Origin: Carpediemonas membranifera BICM
Taxonomy: Eukaryota; Protista; Fornicata
Assembly: GCA_019828565.1 (NCBI GenBank)
Contig: JAHDYR010000025.1
Location: 930,001 to 994,000, forward strand
Reading direction: 5' to 3'
DNA length: 64,000 bases
The notes below the pieces were generated by a model that saw nothing but the letters and a program-made list of their open reading frames with translations, made no database searches and had not been told where the DNA came from. Each line of letters opens with the position of its first letter. Position 1 is the first letter of the stretch. The position numbers and the translations under genes were made by a program. Below are positions 32,311-42,501 of this stretch, piece after piece.

Positions 32311-35199
32311 CGTATGTTGCACAGCATCAACCAGACCTGGCAGTGCGTTGGTCGCCTCCACGTCCGATAACGAGATGTTGGCACTGCTGAAATCCTTGCC
32401 TGCGCCAGCGAGCTCGCAAAGGTCGCTGGCCGGAAAACCAGCAAGTTCGAGAGACACGTCATCTCTTGGGCCGTTCCTGAAACTGTCACGGAAAGCAAGC
32501 ATCGCGCCACTCTGACCAGCGAGGCAGGCAAGAGCGTCGAAAGCAGTGAATCGCCGGGCAGGGTCATTGGCGAGCACGCCGCTCAGCGTCTCATTCAGCC
32601 TTCCGGTGGTGTGATCCGCGATCTGCTCCTCAATATAAGCGTCGCGTGGGGGGAACTTAGTGGCATCCACACGGATTCCAGTCAGGAATGCCAAGTACTG
32701 CGCGGCGTCCTTCTGGAAGATGAGGGAAAGGGCGATCAAACCCGCTCTGTACACGTCTGCGGCCTTTGACGCCTCCTCACGCATCATGTGCGTCATGTTC
32801 ACCTCCTCTGGGGCAACGATCGGGCTGCTTAACCCACCGAGGATCTTTGTCGCGGTTGTCGTGTTCTCTGTGCTCGGAGGGGTCCCAAAAGTGTCGTAGT
32901 ACCCGTTCTCGAAGCTGTACAACACAGGTTGGCCGTTTCTCTGACGGATGACGTCAGGATGCAGCGCCCGGTGTGTCGCTCCAGACCTATGCATTCGGGC
33001 AACTACTCTCAGCAGGCTCTCTAGGCGCGACTCTGTCAGAGGAGTTCCGTCACGGAACAGCGTGGGGAGATATTCCATGTAGAGATAGCACGTGCCCCTC
33101 ACCTCTCCCACGGTCGTGTCGTCTGCTAGGTCGAAGATGATGTAGTGCAGTTTGGGCACAATGCGACTAGACGAAAGATGTGATAGGATCGTGGCCTCGC
33201 GGAGACATCTCTTGCTCTCGCCGGCGGCTGGCCGATTGTCAGGGTTTTGTGACCGTCTGGCTCTCAGCTTAAATGCCTTGACAAAGAAAACATCGTCATT
33301 CCGTTTGACAATGCGGTCGACGTTGGTGATGAGCGGATCGCGATCGATCCCGTTCGGGGATATATCGTGGAAATCTGTGACCGTCAAGTTGTGCCGCGTC
33401 TCAGGTAACGCAAGCATATCAGCAATCTTGAGCTGCTTGAGCTTGTCGAGAAGCCCCTGGTCTTCTTTCACAAGGTTGATTTCTGGGCACAGCTCCGCAT
33501 GCTGGTAAACTGACTCGATAAGACTGTCAATCTTACGAACGCGTTCTTCTGAGCTGAGAACGCTACCAGCATGCGCCTGTTGCTGGACGGCGGCGTCACT
33601 CTGGGACTTGTGATACTGGTAGTTGCCCAGGTTCCGGCACTGCTGGATGACCTCTCTGACCTTCTCGAAGATCTCCAGGTCAGCCTCAGCGTTGACCTTG
33701 GTGTTCTTGAGCAGATCAAGCACCTCCTTGTCGGCGTTACGCAATCCGTTCATATGGAGCTCGGCCACCCAGGTCCACTTCCAGTCCTCGGCTGGCTCAG
33801 ATTCTGATATGCCACGGAGGGTGGTGTACAAGCGCTTCTGCTGTGTCGGCTTCAGCACCGAGAGGGAGGGGTGCTCAAGTTCTTCGTCAGCCTGACTGAC
33901 AAGGGCCCGGAGCTCGCTGAGAAAGTCGGAGGGTCGACCTGCATGTTGAAACGATGCAAGCTGGCCAACGACAGTGTGGCTGGCCATGAGCAGCTGGATC
34001 GTCCGGGCAATGTCGGCAATGACAGACTCGTAGGCTTTCTTGCGAGAGGCCGCGCGATCCTGCGCTGCAGATAGTTTGTCCTCACTGGCACCATCATGCT
34101 CCTGACCCAAGTGGACAGAAGAACGCCGGGCTGCGTCAAGCTGGGCTTTCAGGGCATTGAGGTCGGCAGGCGTGGTGTCCTCGAAGACAGTGATCTTGTC
34201 GAACGCCGCAGAGATTGACGTGGCGACTGTGACAGCGAGGGGCATCGTTGTGCAGAGTCTGACTGTCGCCTGTACAGCTTCCTGGAGGGTATCGCGTGCC
34301 ATACGGTCAGACCAGGGCCTAACGGCCTCCTGCAGGTCACTGCTGAGAGGCGCGTTGACTGTAGAGCCGTCTTTCAGGACCCTACGGCATATAACGTCGT
34401 CGGCGCGGCTGACTTCAACCTCGATATCGGGTTGTTTGAGGCGGATTATGACCATGTTGGGGAGTTCAGTCTTAACCACCAGCCGGTTGATGATCGCGCG
34501 CAGGTGGGGAATGCGAAGTTTCAGTGTCCCATTTTGGTTGATGGTGCTGGGAATTTTGTCCCTGTCGATCGAGGCGAGGACATCCTCGACCTCCAAGAAA
34601 ACGGCAACGGCTGCCTGGACCGAGCTGTTGGCTGGGAGGACGCAGTACTTCGCCCTCTGGACAGGACTAGTGTAAGTATGCTCGCTTGAGGGCATGGCAT
34701 CGTTTCTCATCTGTCTGACATCGCGTGTGACGCTGCACTGCGGAACGGTCATGCCGAACTCAAAGCTGATGCGATGGTTGTTCAGGAGCATGGTATCAAG
34801 CACGTTCGAGAAATCATTGAACGTACTGACAACGTTCGCGGGGGGGATGAGTCTGAACCGCTCAAAGGCAAACGGGTCTTCGTTGAAGCGGTGGATCTTG
34901 GAAGTGTACATCAGTGCGTTCAGCTGCTTCAGCAGTACGGTGAAGAGAGAGGGGCAGCCACTCTTGTGAACAAAGAAGCCTTCAATGTTGCTGACAACGA
35001 CTGTAGGCGTGGGGACAGTGATGTAAATCGCCATATTCTCGGGAACAGGGATATTGCTGTTCAGGAAATACAGCAGAACACTTCGGAGGTCATCCTTATC
35101 CACGGCGCCGGAGGGGTACTTCTCCTTTGAATCCGGTTCGCGAGGGAGAATGAACGTCTCGCTGACGTCAAGATCGCCTGCGTAGAGGTTAGTTAGCAC
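30859..35199 (-). CDS. Giant multidomain protein: ~85-aa repeats, coiled coil, pseudokinase, HECT-like, C-terminal RhoGEF (DH) domain
   Basis: Kinase fold with HRALHPDV and YSFE in place of HRDLKPEN and DFG. DH-like AMEFIKVEEEFVKSM...LLSLAVSPCRHYSNYLLMLKSLKKATWAFHPD. True start unresolved (likely a short 5' exon). Confidence 0.75.
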   Translation of the reverse strand: MLTNLYAGDLDVSETFILPREPDSKEKYPSGAVDKDDLRSVLLYFLNSNIPVPENMAIYITVPTPTVVVSNIEGFFVHKSGCPSLFTVLLKQLNALMYTSKIHRFNEDPFAFERFRLIPPANVVSTFNDFSNVLDTMLLNNHRISFEFGMTVPQCSVTRDVRQMRNDAMPSSEHTYTSPVQRAKYCVLPANSSVQAAVAVFLEVEDVLASIDRDKIPSTINQNGTLKLRIPHLRAIINRLVVKTELPNMVIIRLKQPDIEVEVSRADDVICRRVLKDGSTVNAPLSSDLQEAVRPWSDRMARDTLQEAVQATVRLCTTMPLAVTVATSISAAFDKITVFEDTTPADLNALKAQLDAARRSSVHLGQEHDGASEDKLSAAQDRAASRKKAYESVIADIARTIQLLMASHTVVGQLASFQHAGRPSDFLSELRALVSQADEELEHPSLSVLKPTQQKRLYTTLRGISESEPAEDWKWTWVAELHMNGLRNADKEVLDLLKNTKVNAEADLEIFEKVREVIQQCRNLGNYQYHKSQSDAAVQQQAHAGSVLSSEERVRKIDSLIESVYQHAELCPEINLVKEDQGLLDKLKQLKIADMLALPETRHNLTVTDFHDISPNGIDRDPLITNVDRIVKRNDDVFFVKAFKLRARRSQNPDNRPAAGESKRCLREATILSHLSSSRIVPKLHYIIFDLADDTTVGEVRGTCYLYMEYLPTLFRDGTPLTESRLESLLRVVARMHRSGATHRALHPDVIRQRNGQPVLYSFENGYYDTFGTPPSTENTTTATKILGGLSSPIVAPEEVNMTHMMREEASKAADVYRAGLIALSLIFQKDAAQYLAFLTGIRVDATKFPPRDAYIEEQIADHTTGRLNETLSGVLANDPARRFTAFDALACLAGQSGAMLAFRDSFRNGPRDDVSLELAGFPASDLCELAGAGKDFSSANISLSDVEATNALPGLVDAVQHTFVGNQPLFRAGTLVFAPGILDLELAELRPLLVGLGRVLQLMLLNDIAMPAHMASSAWFRALKGEGVDLEALMPELHWAMVSLAAAREACPLAGFVAVGLDEYRDEVRRRFAERMKVVREGMEKNLGDDTLAALRALSVDDLRAMLTEPSPRTVDDVLGLLTFDDRTADMQAVLRTALEDDETRHRFEHYVFASSRADERVSVVRSLGGSNINAVPVGTTDRTNNAGTELRLPPKVTTPDAMKRAVFKATPVVFSTKTFEATASKRVARRGHAMEFIKVEEEFVKSMKFLIDQVIPKWKRIVQINADAFPPELRHPDELFDGVGDIVEHSQQLLSSLRTVLVEPFNVFARTSLAKVLVEHICCPQALEDYQEYIQRTTRSKMASHPLFDPDDYSSEFRLFDGEVGKMTGCPMERPALLSLAVSPCRHYSNYLLMLKSLKKATWAFHPDMPDIEDAVASLEADAKLVFETDRNDDEDSGDDAFYQ

Positions 35200-35972
35200 C
35201 TTGTCGACGTGCTCGCAGTCGGGGATGTGTCAGGAGTAGGGAGGGTGTCATACCATGGGCTGTGGAAGCGCGGAAGAAAGACACAAACGCTTTGGCGCTG
35301 GATAATGAAATTCTAGGGGTACATACGAGCTGAATAAGTTCCTTGGGGGCTACAAACCAGTGCGAGGACAACGGCTTCCGACTTCTGCGTTAGCGCAATT
35401 TTTAGCAAACGTACAAGCTGCATAATGAGCGTAAACTTCTAACAAACGATCTGAATTACAGCTTAGAGGACAAAACGAACCGTCCACAGAACCGTTCTTT
35501 CATAGATTCTGCCAGTTTGGGTTTCTGTGGTGACTCGAGCTACAGTCGGTCGTCGCCGGTCGCGTTCCATCGTGACGGATGACGAATGGTAATCAGATGA
35601 TCTGCTGCGGCTGGCTATCTCTATCGCATAGGGCTCACATCCCCCAGACATCCGCTTTGTCGCTTGTCCATCGTGACAAGCAGGTTTAGAGCGCCTCGGC
35701 GCAGTTCAGGTTCTCGGTTGCATGTAGAAGTTGCGCAGTCGGCTTCATGGGACCGATTGATAAACTTTGGTCTGATCTTGACCAGCTTGGGAGGTCTTCT
35801 TTGGATGACTGCGGGGCAGAGTTTAGAGGCCATCAGCAGGTTGGGAGACAAATGCGGCTGGCTCTAGACTGAGCTCATGACTCACAGCGTCGCGTCTGCT
35901 TCGCAGCTGGCGTCGGTGGTCGGCGAGTCGGCAGTCAGAATTTGGCAACCACCGAACTGAGCGCTGAAAGCG

Positions 35973-37586
35973 ATGAGCAGCGCTAGTTCCTCGCCATCGG
36001 CCATCAAAGATGCCCTTATCTCCGCATATCGCGCCTCGCTCGTTGTAACGGCCTCCATCTCCGGGGACATCCCCTCGTTGCTCCAGCACGCCTACTCCAG
36101 GCACTTCCGCGAGCAGATGCCCTCGATCCACAACAACAAGAGCACTGTTACACCAACGAGCGTCCCTTCTCTCGAATCCCTCCTCGCCACGCTCTCCGAG
36201 ATCCACCCTCTCGAACCATCCGCGCAAGCCCTCCTCGACCGCGCCCGCTCGATCCTCACCAGCGGCCCCCCGCTGTCCATGAACGTCGAGCTCGCGGATG
36301 GCGAGGAGCTCCCGGTCGCCATGCACACGCTGAACCAGGGCGCGGTGTGGGCGTGTCTGCTGGGTGGCGGGGCCAACCCCGATCTAGAGGACAGGGTGCT
36401 GGAGGAGGCTCGTGAGGTGCAGCCAGATGATATTGAGATGCATAACAGAATCCGCAAGGCTCTCACCCCCGAGGCCAAGTGCCTCTGGTTCCTCTGCCGC
36501 AAGTTCTTCTTCTCGCTGAACGTCGCCGAGAAGGACGGCGAGAGCTATCAGTACACAGTATACGGCGATTGCTACCACCACCTCATGTACATGGGCCGAC
36601 TCTTCATGCTCGACACTGACTATCACGCCGCCCTCACCAGGGCCAGGATGCCCAGGGCCCTCGAGGTCTACAGCGACGAGATCACACACATCGCCAGGAC
36701 ACCCAAGGGTCTGTGGGGCTGGGGTGATAGCGGATATGGTCAGCTGGGGTTCAAGTCATCTGGGTTCGTCGACCCGACCCGCCTCACCTTCCCCAACTGC
36801 CCCAAGGTCGCCGAGCACGAGGCCAGCCTGCCCCCCTGGGAGAAGCAGAGGATGGTGACTGGTGTATCGATAATGAGCGGTCAGACGTTCATCCTCACCC
36901 CAGCCGGCACTGTCATGGCGGGCAACAAGGCGAATTGGTTCATAGGCGAAGCCGAGAGGGGCAATAGACGTCTGTTCACCCCAGTAGCAGTGCCCACTGG
37001 ATTTGTCCCAGATCACATCATGCATGCATGGAACAGCGCTGTCATCCTCTCAATGGGCGATCGGCAGGTGATCAGCGGAGAAAGCTGGAAAGGCCAGCTG
37101 GGACTTGGTCATGAGAATGATATGTCTGGATTCGTCGACTTGCCATTCAGGGTCGACCGGATCATGACTCCTGAAGATGATTTTAACGTCTTCCTCAGTG
37201 GCCGCCAGCTGCTCTTCGCTGGCCGAGTTACACCTCATATCGCCCAGTCGGGCCTGCTGCCTGGGTACAGCGAGGGCGACAAGTGCCTCACAGCCACCCA
37301 ATTCCGGTTCCCAGAGAGAGTCAAGGGATTCTTTTGTGACTATGATCTTATCTGGGTCACTGAGGGCCGCACTCATCTATGCGACGGAGAAAACCAGTAC
37401 AGCGTGCCTTTTGAGGCGATGGCAGTTGGTATCACAACTCAAGAAGATGAAGCCTTCAGCTCATTCCGCGACGCTACTGGCCAGTTGTTCAGGGTATCCG
37501 AGGCTGGCGCTGAGCCAGTCGAGTGCGAGACGCCCGAGTCGTGGGAAGACATCATTCCCGTCGACATCGACCCGTATGGTTCATAA
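35973..37586 (+). CDS. RCC1-like family copy 5 (complete, 537 aa)
   Basis: Full ORF MSSASSSPSAIKD...PVDIDPYGS with all family anchors. Confidence 0.85.
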   Translation: MSSASSSPSAIKDALISAYRASLVVTASISGDIPSLLQHAYSRHFREQMPSIHNNKSTVTPTSVPSLESLLATLSEIHPLEPSAQALLDRARSILTSGPPLSMNVELADGEELPVAMHTLNQGAVWACLLGGGANPDLEDRVLEEAREVQPDDIEMHNRIRKALTPEAKCLWFLCRKFFFSLNVAEKDGESYQYTVYGDCYHHLMYMGRLFMLDTDYHAALTRARMPRALEVYSDEITHIARTPKGLWGWGDSGYGQLGFKSSGFVDPTRLTFPNCPKVAEHEASLPPWEKQRMVTGVSIMSGQTFILTPAGTVMAGNKANWFIGEAERGNRRLFTPVAVPTGFVPDHIMHAWNSAVILSMGDRQVISGESWKGQLGLGHENDMSGFVDLPFRVDRIMTPEDDFNVFLSGRQLLFAGRVTPHIAQSGLLPGYSEGDKCLTATQFRFPERVKGFFCDYDLIWVTEGRTHLCDGENQYSVPFEAMAVGITTQEDEAFSSFRDATGQLFRVSEAGAEPVECETPESWEDIIPVDIDPYGS

Positions 37587-37667
37587 ATAGTGACAGCCAA
37601 CCCCACCCCAAGTCTCTTAATCATTTATCACTCGCTCAAGCTGGCCCGCTTGTCGGCCCCGCTGCTC

Positions 37668-38085
37668 ATCCGAAAACGCTCTCACGCCCGAGGCCAAGTG
37701 CCTCTGGTTCCTCTGCCGCAAGTTCTTCTTCTCGCTGAACGTCGCCGAGAAGGACGGCGAGAGCTATCAGCGCCCTGTGCCCGACAGATGCTACCACCAC
37801 CTCATGTACATGGGCCGACTCTTCATGCTCGACACTGACTATCACGCCGCCCTCACCAGGGCCAGGATGCCCAGGGCCCTCGAGGTCTACAGCGACGAGA
37901 TCACACACATCGCCAGGACACCCAAGGGTCTGTGGGGCTGGGGTGATAACGGCTCTGGTCAGCTGGGGTTCGAGTCGTCTGGGTTCGTCGACCCGACCCG
38001 CCTCACCTTCCCCGCCTGCCCCAAGGTCGCCGAGCACGAGGCCAGCCTGCCCCCCTGGGAGAAGCACAGGATGGTGACTGATGTG
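37668..38085 (+). pseudogene. RCC1-like family copy 6, internal fragment truncated at both ends
   Basis: Homology begins at ATCCGAAAACGCTCTCACGCCC, 81 bp after the copy 5 stop, and ends after MVTDV. Confidence 0.8.
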
Positions 38086-38318
38086 CCTCGTGTGACGCCA
38101 CAACAGCGCATAATAATGCCCTATCGAAGGCTACTCCCTCGTCGTGCTGAGCATGAAGCACAATGAGTTGGGGTGAGCTCTGAGGAGTGGTGATGCTGAA
38201 TTGCAGATCGGACAGGCAGATTGCTCAGTTTCTACACGACATTTAATAAAGTACATCGTGTTCTAAAAAGATTCTATCAGTTCTATGCAATAATACACCC
38301 ATGCCAATGTGACAAGCC

Positions 38319-40781
38319 TCACATCTCATCTGGCGCCAAGAGCACCAGATGTCTCCGGGCCCGCTCAACCTTTCGCCCCCACGAGCCGTACAACACGGCT
38401 GCTACCAAGACAGTGAACGAGAACAGGAAACATAAGAAAACGCCAGCCGCTGGGAAAACGACAAATGATGCGTCGAGCGCCACACGAACAAAAAGCTTGC
38501 CAAAGAACCCACCGCCATCGTCGGCCAGGGAGAAGATTATGGGCTCCACAATGAACGTACGCAGACCGGCATGAAGCTCAACCGAAGCTTGCGGCGTATC
38601 AAGCATCACGAGGGGCGTAAACCCATCACTAGAAGCCTGCCCAGCCCCCAACCCCACGGCGACAGCATCCAGCCCGCTGGGAGAGAGGAATATGTTCGCA
38701 GGGGCACACCACTGGCCCTTAGACTCTACCCAGCCTGCCGAGAGATACGTTGTCACGTGCTCACCGACCACCATGATCGCCCAGGGCGTGTCTGTGGCAA
38801 AGGGAGACTCGTCTACGGTGAAGGGGAGCTCGGCAGAGACGGCGCAGATCAGGGCGGGAACGATTGTGTTGGTTTGGGAGATTGTCGGGATTCCGGTCAA
38901 AGATATGTTCAAGATATGGAAATTATCGGAATAAATCTGTTCGTATTCGTAGCTGCACATGAATGTAAAATCGTTATCGTAAAGCGGTGGGCTGTTGAAC
39001 ATCACATCTTGGATGCTCAGGCTATCCCTAAAAAATCCAGGAATCGAATCTGGACAAAAGGGGGTTGGGTGAAATGCCTCGACCGCTGTGTCAACGATTC
39101 TGCGGCGGACCCAATCTGATGCTTTGATCGACTCCGGCACCATGGTGTGAGTCACGACAGTTTCTCCACCATGGGCGTGGAATGTGACCTCCACGTCGCC
39201 TCTGTGGAGAACTGAAGCCGAGAAAGTGAGTGCGATCACAGCCATCGCATCAATTGATTGAATCAACACGCCGCCCCTCGACGAGTCGACCGACCTCATC
39301 CTGCTCTTAAAAGCAGACTCCACCAGGGTTATAGCCTCACCAAAGTGCAGGGTCGACCCGCATATAAACGTGCAAGCGGTGATATGCGGTCTGTCGTCAA
39401 ACGTCATTTCCAGGTAGCCGTCCGGGCACCCTCCCTCGGGGGCATCGAGACAGGAGCTCTGGCCCCATGCTGGCTGGTACTTGGCCACCCCGCACGACCG
39501 CAGCTCCTCTCTGCGGACATCGCCGTCCACTGGCTGAGCGTAGCCTGGTGGGGCAGGCTGGCATCGCCCGTCATTGATGAAAAAGCCCTTGCCGCAAGTC
39601 GTGCGACCCACACCGCAGTCGAGAGGGGTGGGTGAAGTAAATATCGCAGTGGAAGTTAGCCCAGACTGCATAGAGAAGTGCCGGTCGAGCTCCATGGGCA
39701 GAGGGACCTGTACGGGTGTCCGCTGATAAACATCATGGCCCGAGTGGAACGTTCCCAGTCGACCCAGGATTGCTAGACCCACTCCAAACACGCTGTGGCC
39801 CACCCCATCCCACTGCGCTGCGAGAGAAAAGAGCAGGCCAGCACTGACCGCCGTAATGTTTCGAAGACCGGTGTCAGTGAGGGTGGGTGTGGGTGTATTG
39901 TGACCGAGGAAGAGCTCGTAGCCCTCGTTCTTTCCGATGGCGAAGAGCTCGTTGTCCTCACTGATGATTAAGGCGCCAGAGATGGTCGCGCGTGCAGTTT
40001 TTGCTCTGAATGGAAGGTCGATCTTAGTGAATGAGTCAAGAAAGCCATCCAGCCACTGCCCAGAGACAAATACCTCGCCCGTATCTGTCAAAACCAGGCT
40101 AGTGTTGACGATGGAATCGACGGTCATCGGCCTGGAATTCGAGGGCAGGTCGACAATTGTGGGGTATTCAAAGAGCAGCCCTTGATCGACTGACAGGCCA
40201 AGCTGGCCCAGGTCATTGCATCCCATGCCCAGTATAATACCATCGCTCAGGAGCATTGTGTGGCATGACCCGGCTGCAGCGTCGAGGATGGGGGCAAAGA
40301 GGGGTATGACCCTTGGTTTGCACTCGTGGCTGTTCATCTGGCCTGTCCCAAGCTGGCCGTACTCGTTCGACCCGTATGCCATGGTCAGGTTGTTGTTGAA
40401 ACCGACAACAGTGTGTGCCCCACCAACAGCGACGGCAACGGGCTTGATGTCTGCTATACTGGTGTGCACCTTCTCGTAAAGAGAGCGCGGGGCAGACGAC
40501 TGGCGGCCTAGGGCGCAATCTGTGTTGCAGCCAGCCGAATAGAAAGCAGTGGGGCTCAGCATGACGGAAAAGGGGCAGGATGACTTGGAGAGAGCGATCT
40601 GAACTGGCTCATAGTCAGACACGTAGGTTATATTGGCTGGTGGAGTGATGCTGAACGTTGTTCCGAGCTCGTAGAAGGTGTTTCCGCCCCAGAAGACGGC
40701 ATCGGTCGCAAAAGAGAAAGAAAAGAGGCTAACAAGTGCTGCAGTGACAATTATGATATGTATGTTGAAGCAATAGAGCAT
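38319..40781 (-). CDS. Predicted type I membrane protein with canonical RCC1 repeats and a Cys-rich GCC2/GCC3-like segment
   Basis: Hydrophobic N-terminus from Met 40781. VAVGGAHT/YGSNEYGQLG and AAGSCHT/GCNDLGQLG repeats, CGKGFF...CGVAKYQPAWGQSSC, and a C-terminal TM with a short basic tail. Confidence 0.75.
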   Translation of the reverse strand: MLYCFNIHIIIVTAALVSLFSFSFATDAVFWGGNTFYELGTTFSITPPANITYVSDYEPVQIALSKSSCPFSVMLSPTAFYSAGCNTDCALGRQSSAPRSLYEKVHTSIADIKPVAVAVGGAHTVVGFNNNLTMAYGSNEYGQLGTGQMNSHECKPRVIPLFAPILDAAAGSCHTMLLSDGIILGMGCNDLGQLGLSVDQGLLFEYPTIVDLPSNSRPMTVDSIVNTSLVLTDTGEVFVSGQWLDGFLDSFTKIDLPFRAKTARATISGALIISEDNELFAIGKNEGYELFLGHNTPTPTLTDTGLRNITAVSAGLLFSLAAQWDGVGHSVFGVGLAILGRLGTFHSGHDVYQRTPVQVPLPMELDRHFSMQSGLTSTAIFTSPTPLDCGVGRTTCGKGFFINDGRCQPAPPGYAQPVDGDVRREELRSCGVAKYQPAWGQSSCLDAPEGGCPDGYLEMTFDDRPHITACTFICGSTLHFGEAITLVESAFKSRMRSVDSSRGGVLIQSIDAMAVIALTFSASVLHRGDVEVTFHAHGGETVVTHTMVPESIKASDWVRRRIVDTAVEAFHPTPFCPDSIPGFFRDSLSIQDVMFNSPPLYDNDFTFMCSYEYEQIYSDNFHILNISLTGIPTISQTNTIVPALICAVSAELPFTVDESPFATDTPWAIMVVGEHVTTYLSAGWVESKGQWCAPANIFLSPSGLDAVAVGLGAGQASSDGFTPLVMLDTPQASVELHAGLRTFIVEPIIFSLADDGGGFFGKLFVRVALDASFVVFPAAGVFLCFLFSFTVLVAAVLYGSWGRKVERARRHLVLLAPDEM

Positions 40782-40891
40782 ACTTGAAGTGAGTATAGAG
40801 CCCAAACGGCACTGAGAGGTACGATGAACGAACCAAATCTGCTTTCCTAAGGATGCACCTTGGTTGCAAAACAAGGGCCGGCTGACAGTAT

Positions 40892-42501
40892 TTATGAACC
40901 ATACGGGTCGATGTCGACGGGAATGATGTCTTCCCACGACTCGGGCGTCTCGCACTCGACTGGCTCAGCGCCAGCCTCGGATACCCTGAACCACTGGCCA
41001 GTAGCGTCGCGGAATGAGCTGAAGGCTTCATCTTCTTGAGTTGTGATACCAACTGCCGTCGCCTCAAAAGGCACGCTGTACTGGTTTTCTCCGTCGCATA
41101 GATGAGTGCGGCCCTCAGTGACCCAGATAAGATCATAGTCACAAAAGAATCCCTTGACTCTCTCTGGGAACCGGAATTGGGTGGCTGTGAGGCACTTGTC
41201 GCCCTCGCTGTACCCAGGCAGCAGGCCCGACTGGGCGATATGAGGTGTAACTCGGCCAGCGAAGAGCAGCTGGCGGCCGCTGAGGAAGACGTTGAAGAAT
41301 AATTCAAAGGCTATGATCCGGTCGACCCTGAATGGCAGCTCCTCGAAGCCGGTCATCTCGTTCTCGTGACCGAGACCCAGCCGGCCATTCTCGTTCCATC
41401 CGCCGATCACCTGCCGATCGCCCATTGACAGGATAACAGTGTAGAATGAATCCACGATGTGATCTGCGACAAAGCCAGTGGGTACGGCGACTGGGTGGAA
41501 GAGGTGCCTGTTCTCGTCCTCGACTGTGCCGACAAACGCTTTCGCATCCGCACCAGCCATGACAGTGCCGACCGGAGTGAAGATGAACGTTCGAGCTCTT
41601 ATCAGCGATACACCAGTCACCATCCTGTGCTTCTCCCAGGGGGGCAGGCTGGCCTCGTGCTCGGCGACCTTGGGCAGGCGGGGAAGGTGAGGCGGGTCGG
41701 GTCGACGAACCCAGATGACTTGAACCCCAGCTGACCATATCCGCTATCACCCCAGCCCCACAGACCCTTGGGTGTCCTGGCGATGTGTGTGATCTCGTCG
41801 CTGTAGACCTCGAGGGCCCTGGGCATCCTGGCCCTGGTGAGGGCGGCGTGATAGTCAGTGTCGAGCATGAAGAGTCGGCCCATGTACATGAGGTGGTGGT
41901 AGCAATCGCCGTATACTGTGTACTGATAGCTCTCGCCGTCCTTCTCGGCGACGTTCAGCGAGAAGAAGAACTTGCGGCAGAGGAACCAGAGGCACTTGGC
42001 CTCGGGGGTGAGAGCCTTGCGGATTCTGTTATGCATCTCAATATCATCTGGCTCCTTCTCTCGAGCCTCCTCCAGCACCCTGTCCTCTAGATCGGGGTTG
42101 GCTCCGCCACCCAGCAGACACGCCCACACCGCGCCCTGGTTCAGCGTGTGCATGGCGATCGGGAGCTCCTCGCCGTCCGCGAGCTCGACGTTCATGGACA
42201 GCGGGGGGCCACTGGTGAGGATCGAGCGGGCGCGGTCGAGGAGGGCTTGCGCGGATGGTTCGAGAGGGTGGATCTCGGAGAGCGTGGCGAGGAGGGATTC
42301 GAGAGAAGGGACGCTCGTTGGTGTAGCAGTGCTCTTGTTGTTGTGGATCGAGGGCATCTGCTCGCGGAAGTGCCTGGAGTAGGCGTGCTGGAGCAACGAG
42401 GGGATGTCCCCGGAGATGGAGGCCGTTACAACGAGCGAGGCGCGGAATACGGAGATAAGCGCATCTTTGATGGCCGATGGCGAGGAACTAGCGCTGCTCA
42501 T
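40892..42501 (-). pseudogene. RCC1-like family copy 7, one-base deletion at 41672-41674
   Basis: ORFs 41617-42510 and 40892-41623 together give a full-length copy. G3 instead of G4 in the CPK codons. Confidence 0.75.

Noticed and set aside
35664-35972. Conserved upstream region as a coding exon of the RCC1-like genes
   Set aside because: An in-frame TGA lies just upstream of the ATG and the diverged version near 42502-42740 does not keep a frame. Treated as non-coding, though an unseen intron cannot be excluded.
40782-40955. N-terminal extension of the 878-aa ORF overlapping copy 7
   Set aside because: It is an alternate frame of the copy 7 3' end plus spacer. Met 40781 precedes a signal-like segment and is the better start.
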